64,000 bases of DNA from Podarcis gaigeae (lineage: Eukaryota): assembly GCA_964106915.2 (NCBI GenBank), contig OZ066922.1; one strand, 5' to 3'. Shown here one piece after another: positions 62,214 to 64,000 of this stretch (its first letter is position 1; every line of letters begins with the position of its first letter). A model generated the notes under the pieces. The model ran no database searches. It was not told the origin of the DNA and was given only the letters and a program-made list of their open reading frames with translations. The position numbers and the translations under genes were made by a program.

Positions 62214-62559
62214 CAGTGGTACCTCGGGTTACAAAAATCATGCAGCGACGGCACGGGAGGCCCCATTAGCTAAAGTGGTTTTCAGGTTAAGAACGGACCT
62301 CCGAATTAAGTTCTTAACCCGAGTACCACTGTACAGTGGTACCTCAGGTTACATACGCTTCAGGTTACAGACTCTGCTAACGCAGAAATAGTACCTTGGG
62401 TTAAGAACTTTGCTTCAGGATTAGAACAGAAATCGTGCTCCGGCAGCGCAGCAGCAGCAGGAGGCCCCATTAGCTAAAGTGGTGCTTCAGGTTAAGAACA
62501 GTTTCAGGTTAAGAACGGACCTCCAGAACAAATTAAGTACTTAACCCGAGGTACCACTG
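62214..62559. mobile_element. Tandem pair of Tc1/mariner MITEs (62214-62331 copy-2 specific; 62334-62559 shared)
   Basis: TA-[CAGTGG...CCACTG]-TA-[CAGTGG...CCACTG]-TA. Confidence 0.9.
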
Positions 62560-63567
62560 TATTGCAATATTCCAAGCTTTATGTTATTACATATATACCA
62601 TTCATGTATCAGGGTGTATGTCACTCAAGCGAATTTCACACACGGTTACTATTAAAAACAAGAGTGCCCAGGGCTGATGCTATATACAGGGGCCATGGTC
62701 TAGCTTAGTGATGGATAGCCTGAAGCTTTGCAGACTGCTCCAACTCCCATCAGCCCCTGCCAGCATTGCCAATGGTCAGAGATGACAGGACAGTTTGGGG
62801 GACCACTGGTTCCCACCTGTGTTCTAGCCACTCTACAGCTTCTGTGGGGGAAACTAGCAACTGTACAATGTTATCTCCTTTCTTCATTTACTGGCTGAAC
62901 AATGCAATCCTATGCATTGCTTAAGACAGAATCCTACACCAACTAATCTGTGAGTAAGCCACAGTGACAATCACATCTGAGCAACTGTCACTGTGGCTTA
63001 CTCACAGGTAAGTCTGTGTAGCGTTCCAGCTTAAATACATCTTTAACATTACCTCTTGTCCTTTGGGGTAGCGTGCAGGATAACAGTAAACATCTAGCAA
63101 TTAAACCTTTTCAGACGTTCCACTTTCTACAATAACATATCAAAACATACACAAACACCCTATTTACTTGAAAGCCTGCAAGTTAGAGGCCAGACTGTCA
63201 AAGGCCCTTTGCCTCGTGCTTTTCAACAGTACCACCCAGAATTCAGATTGGAAGTCAGCAATACGTACTCACAGTTAGCGAAACTAAATATCTATATAAG
63301 AAATTAACCAAAATATGCATAATAATTATACAATCACATAAATAAGTGTAAATTGTTCCGTGTTTGTTATAAAAGCAGAGTAAAGCATAAGATCGGTTTT
63401 TTTCTATCCTCTGAAATAGGCTGCTCACAAAAATGTCACCAGTCGCAAGCTGGCAGAATATGGGAAATGAACTCATGATCTGGGGAGCTCCAAAGTTATG
63501 CCACTTGTTGGAGCCATGTATGACACCAGAGCTGGAATTTTTCATACTAGACAACACTCCATCTTAC

Positions 63568-63822
63568 CTGTTGTATTTTATACTTTTGCATGTAAGGTAT
63601 AAACTGAAAGATAAATCCAGGCAAACATATTAAAAAGTAGGAAAGTTCATGCATGAGAAGTGATCCCCAGGTTGCAATCTGGTATTTGGTGTAGTTATTC
63701 AGCATATATGTCCAAGCATTTTTAAATGGCTGTTGTAGCGGATTCTCAGGCAAGAAAGAGTCTATATATTCTACAGCCAGGTAAGCAGAATTCAGCATGC
63801 CAACACTGTCGTTAGTTGCCAT
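63568..63822 (-). CDS. MSMO1: MSMO1 copy 2, first coding exon (exon 2; exon probably starts at 63866)
   Basis: [14 protein letters not shown]...YKIQQ, 255 nt, donor intact; its exon 1 and promoter would lie beyond the window. Confidence 0.96.
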
Positions 63823-64000
63823 CGTTCAGTTCTGGAACATCACACCTGTAGCTTCTCTGCAGGATTCTAGGAACAGTAAATAGACATCATGGTAAAGACA
63901 CCATAACCAAAATGACATCGGCCAGCAACACAGTGTGCAGCTGTTGACTTGCATAAAAATAGGGGACAAGGTCTATCCCTTTCCATACTAGACAACAGAG

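Larger units (their letters stand above)
51447..64000 (+). repeat. Tandem segmental duplication, copy 2 (continues beyond the window)
   Basis: Colinear with 22589-44069 apart from indels. Confidence 0.95.

Overview
Vertebrate genomic DNA from a squamate reptile (Sauria SINEs and a BovB LINE are present; lacertid lizard is likely but inferred). It covers the conserved MSMO1-CPE neighbourhood, with all host genes on the minus strand. 1-23382 is CPE intron 1 (no further CPE exon recognised) and carries a 5'-truncated L1-clade LINE and older repeats. The main structure is a direct tandem duplication: copy 1 starts at about 22590, copy 2 at about 51447 and runs off the window end (64000 aligns to about 44069). 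Each copy holds CPE exon 1 with its CpG-island promoter and an intact five-coding-exon MSMO1 ORF (297 aa). The second CPE exon 1 (52054-52375) is an orphan. It is identical to the first over about 625 bp, although flanking DNA differs by roughly 2-4% (hand count), and it lies directly upstream of MSMO1 copy 1 on the same strand. Splicing its donor to MSMO1 exon 2 is in frame and would give a 120-aa signal-peptide-bearing CPE fragment whose TGA stop lies 3 nt before the MSMO1 ATG. The copies differ by about ten transposon presence/absence events, several deletions and likely Tc1/mariner excision footprints. A false (haplotype) duplication cannot be excluded without reads, and no expression evidence is available.
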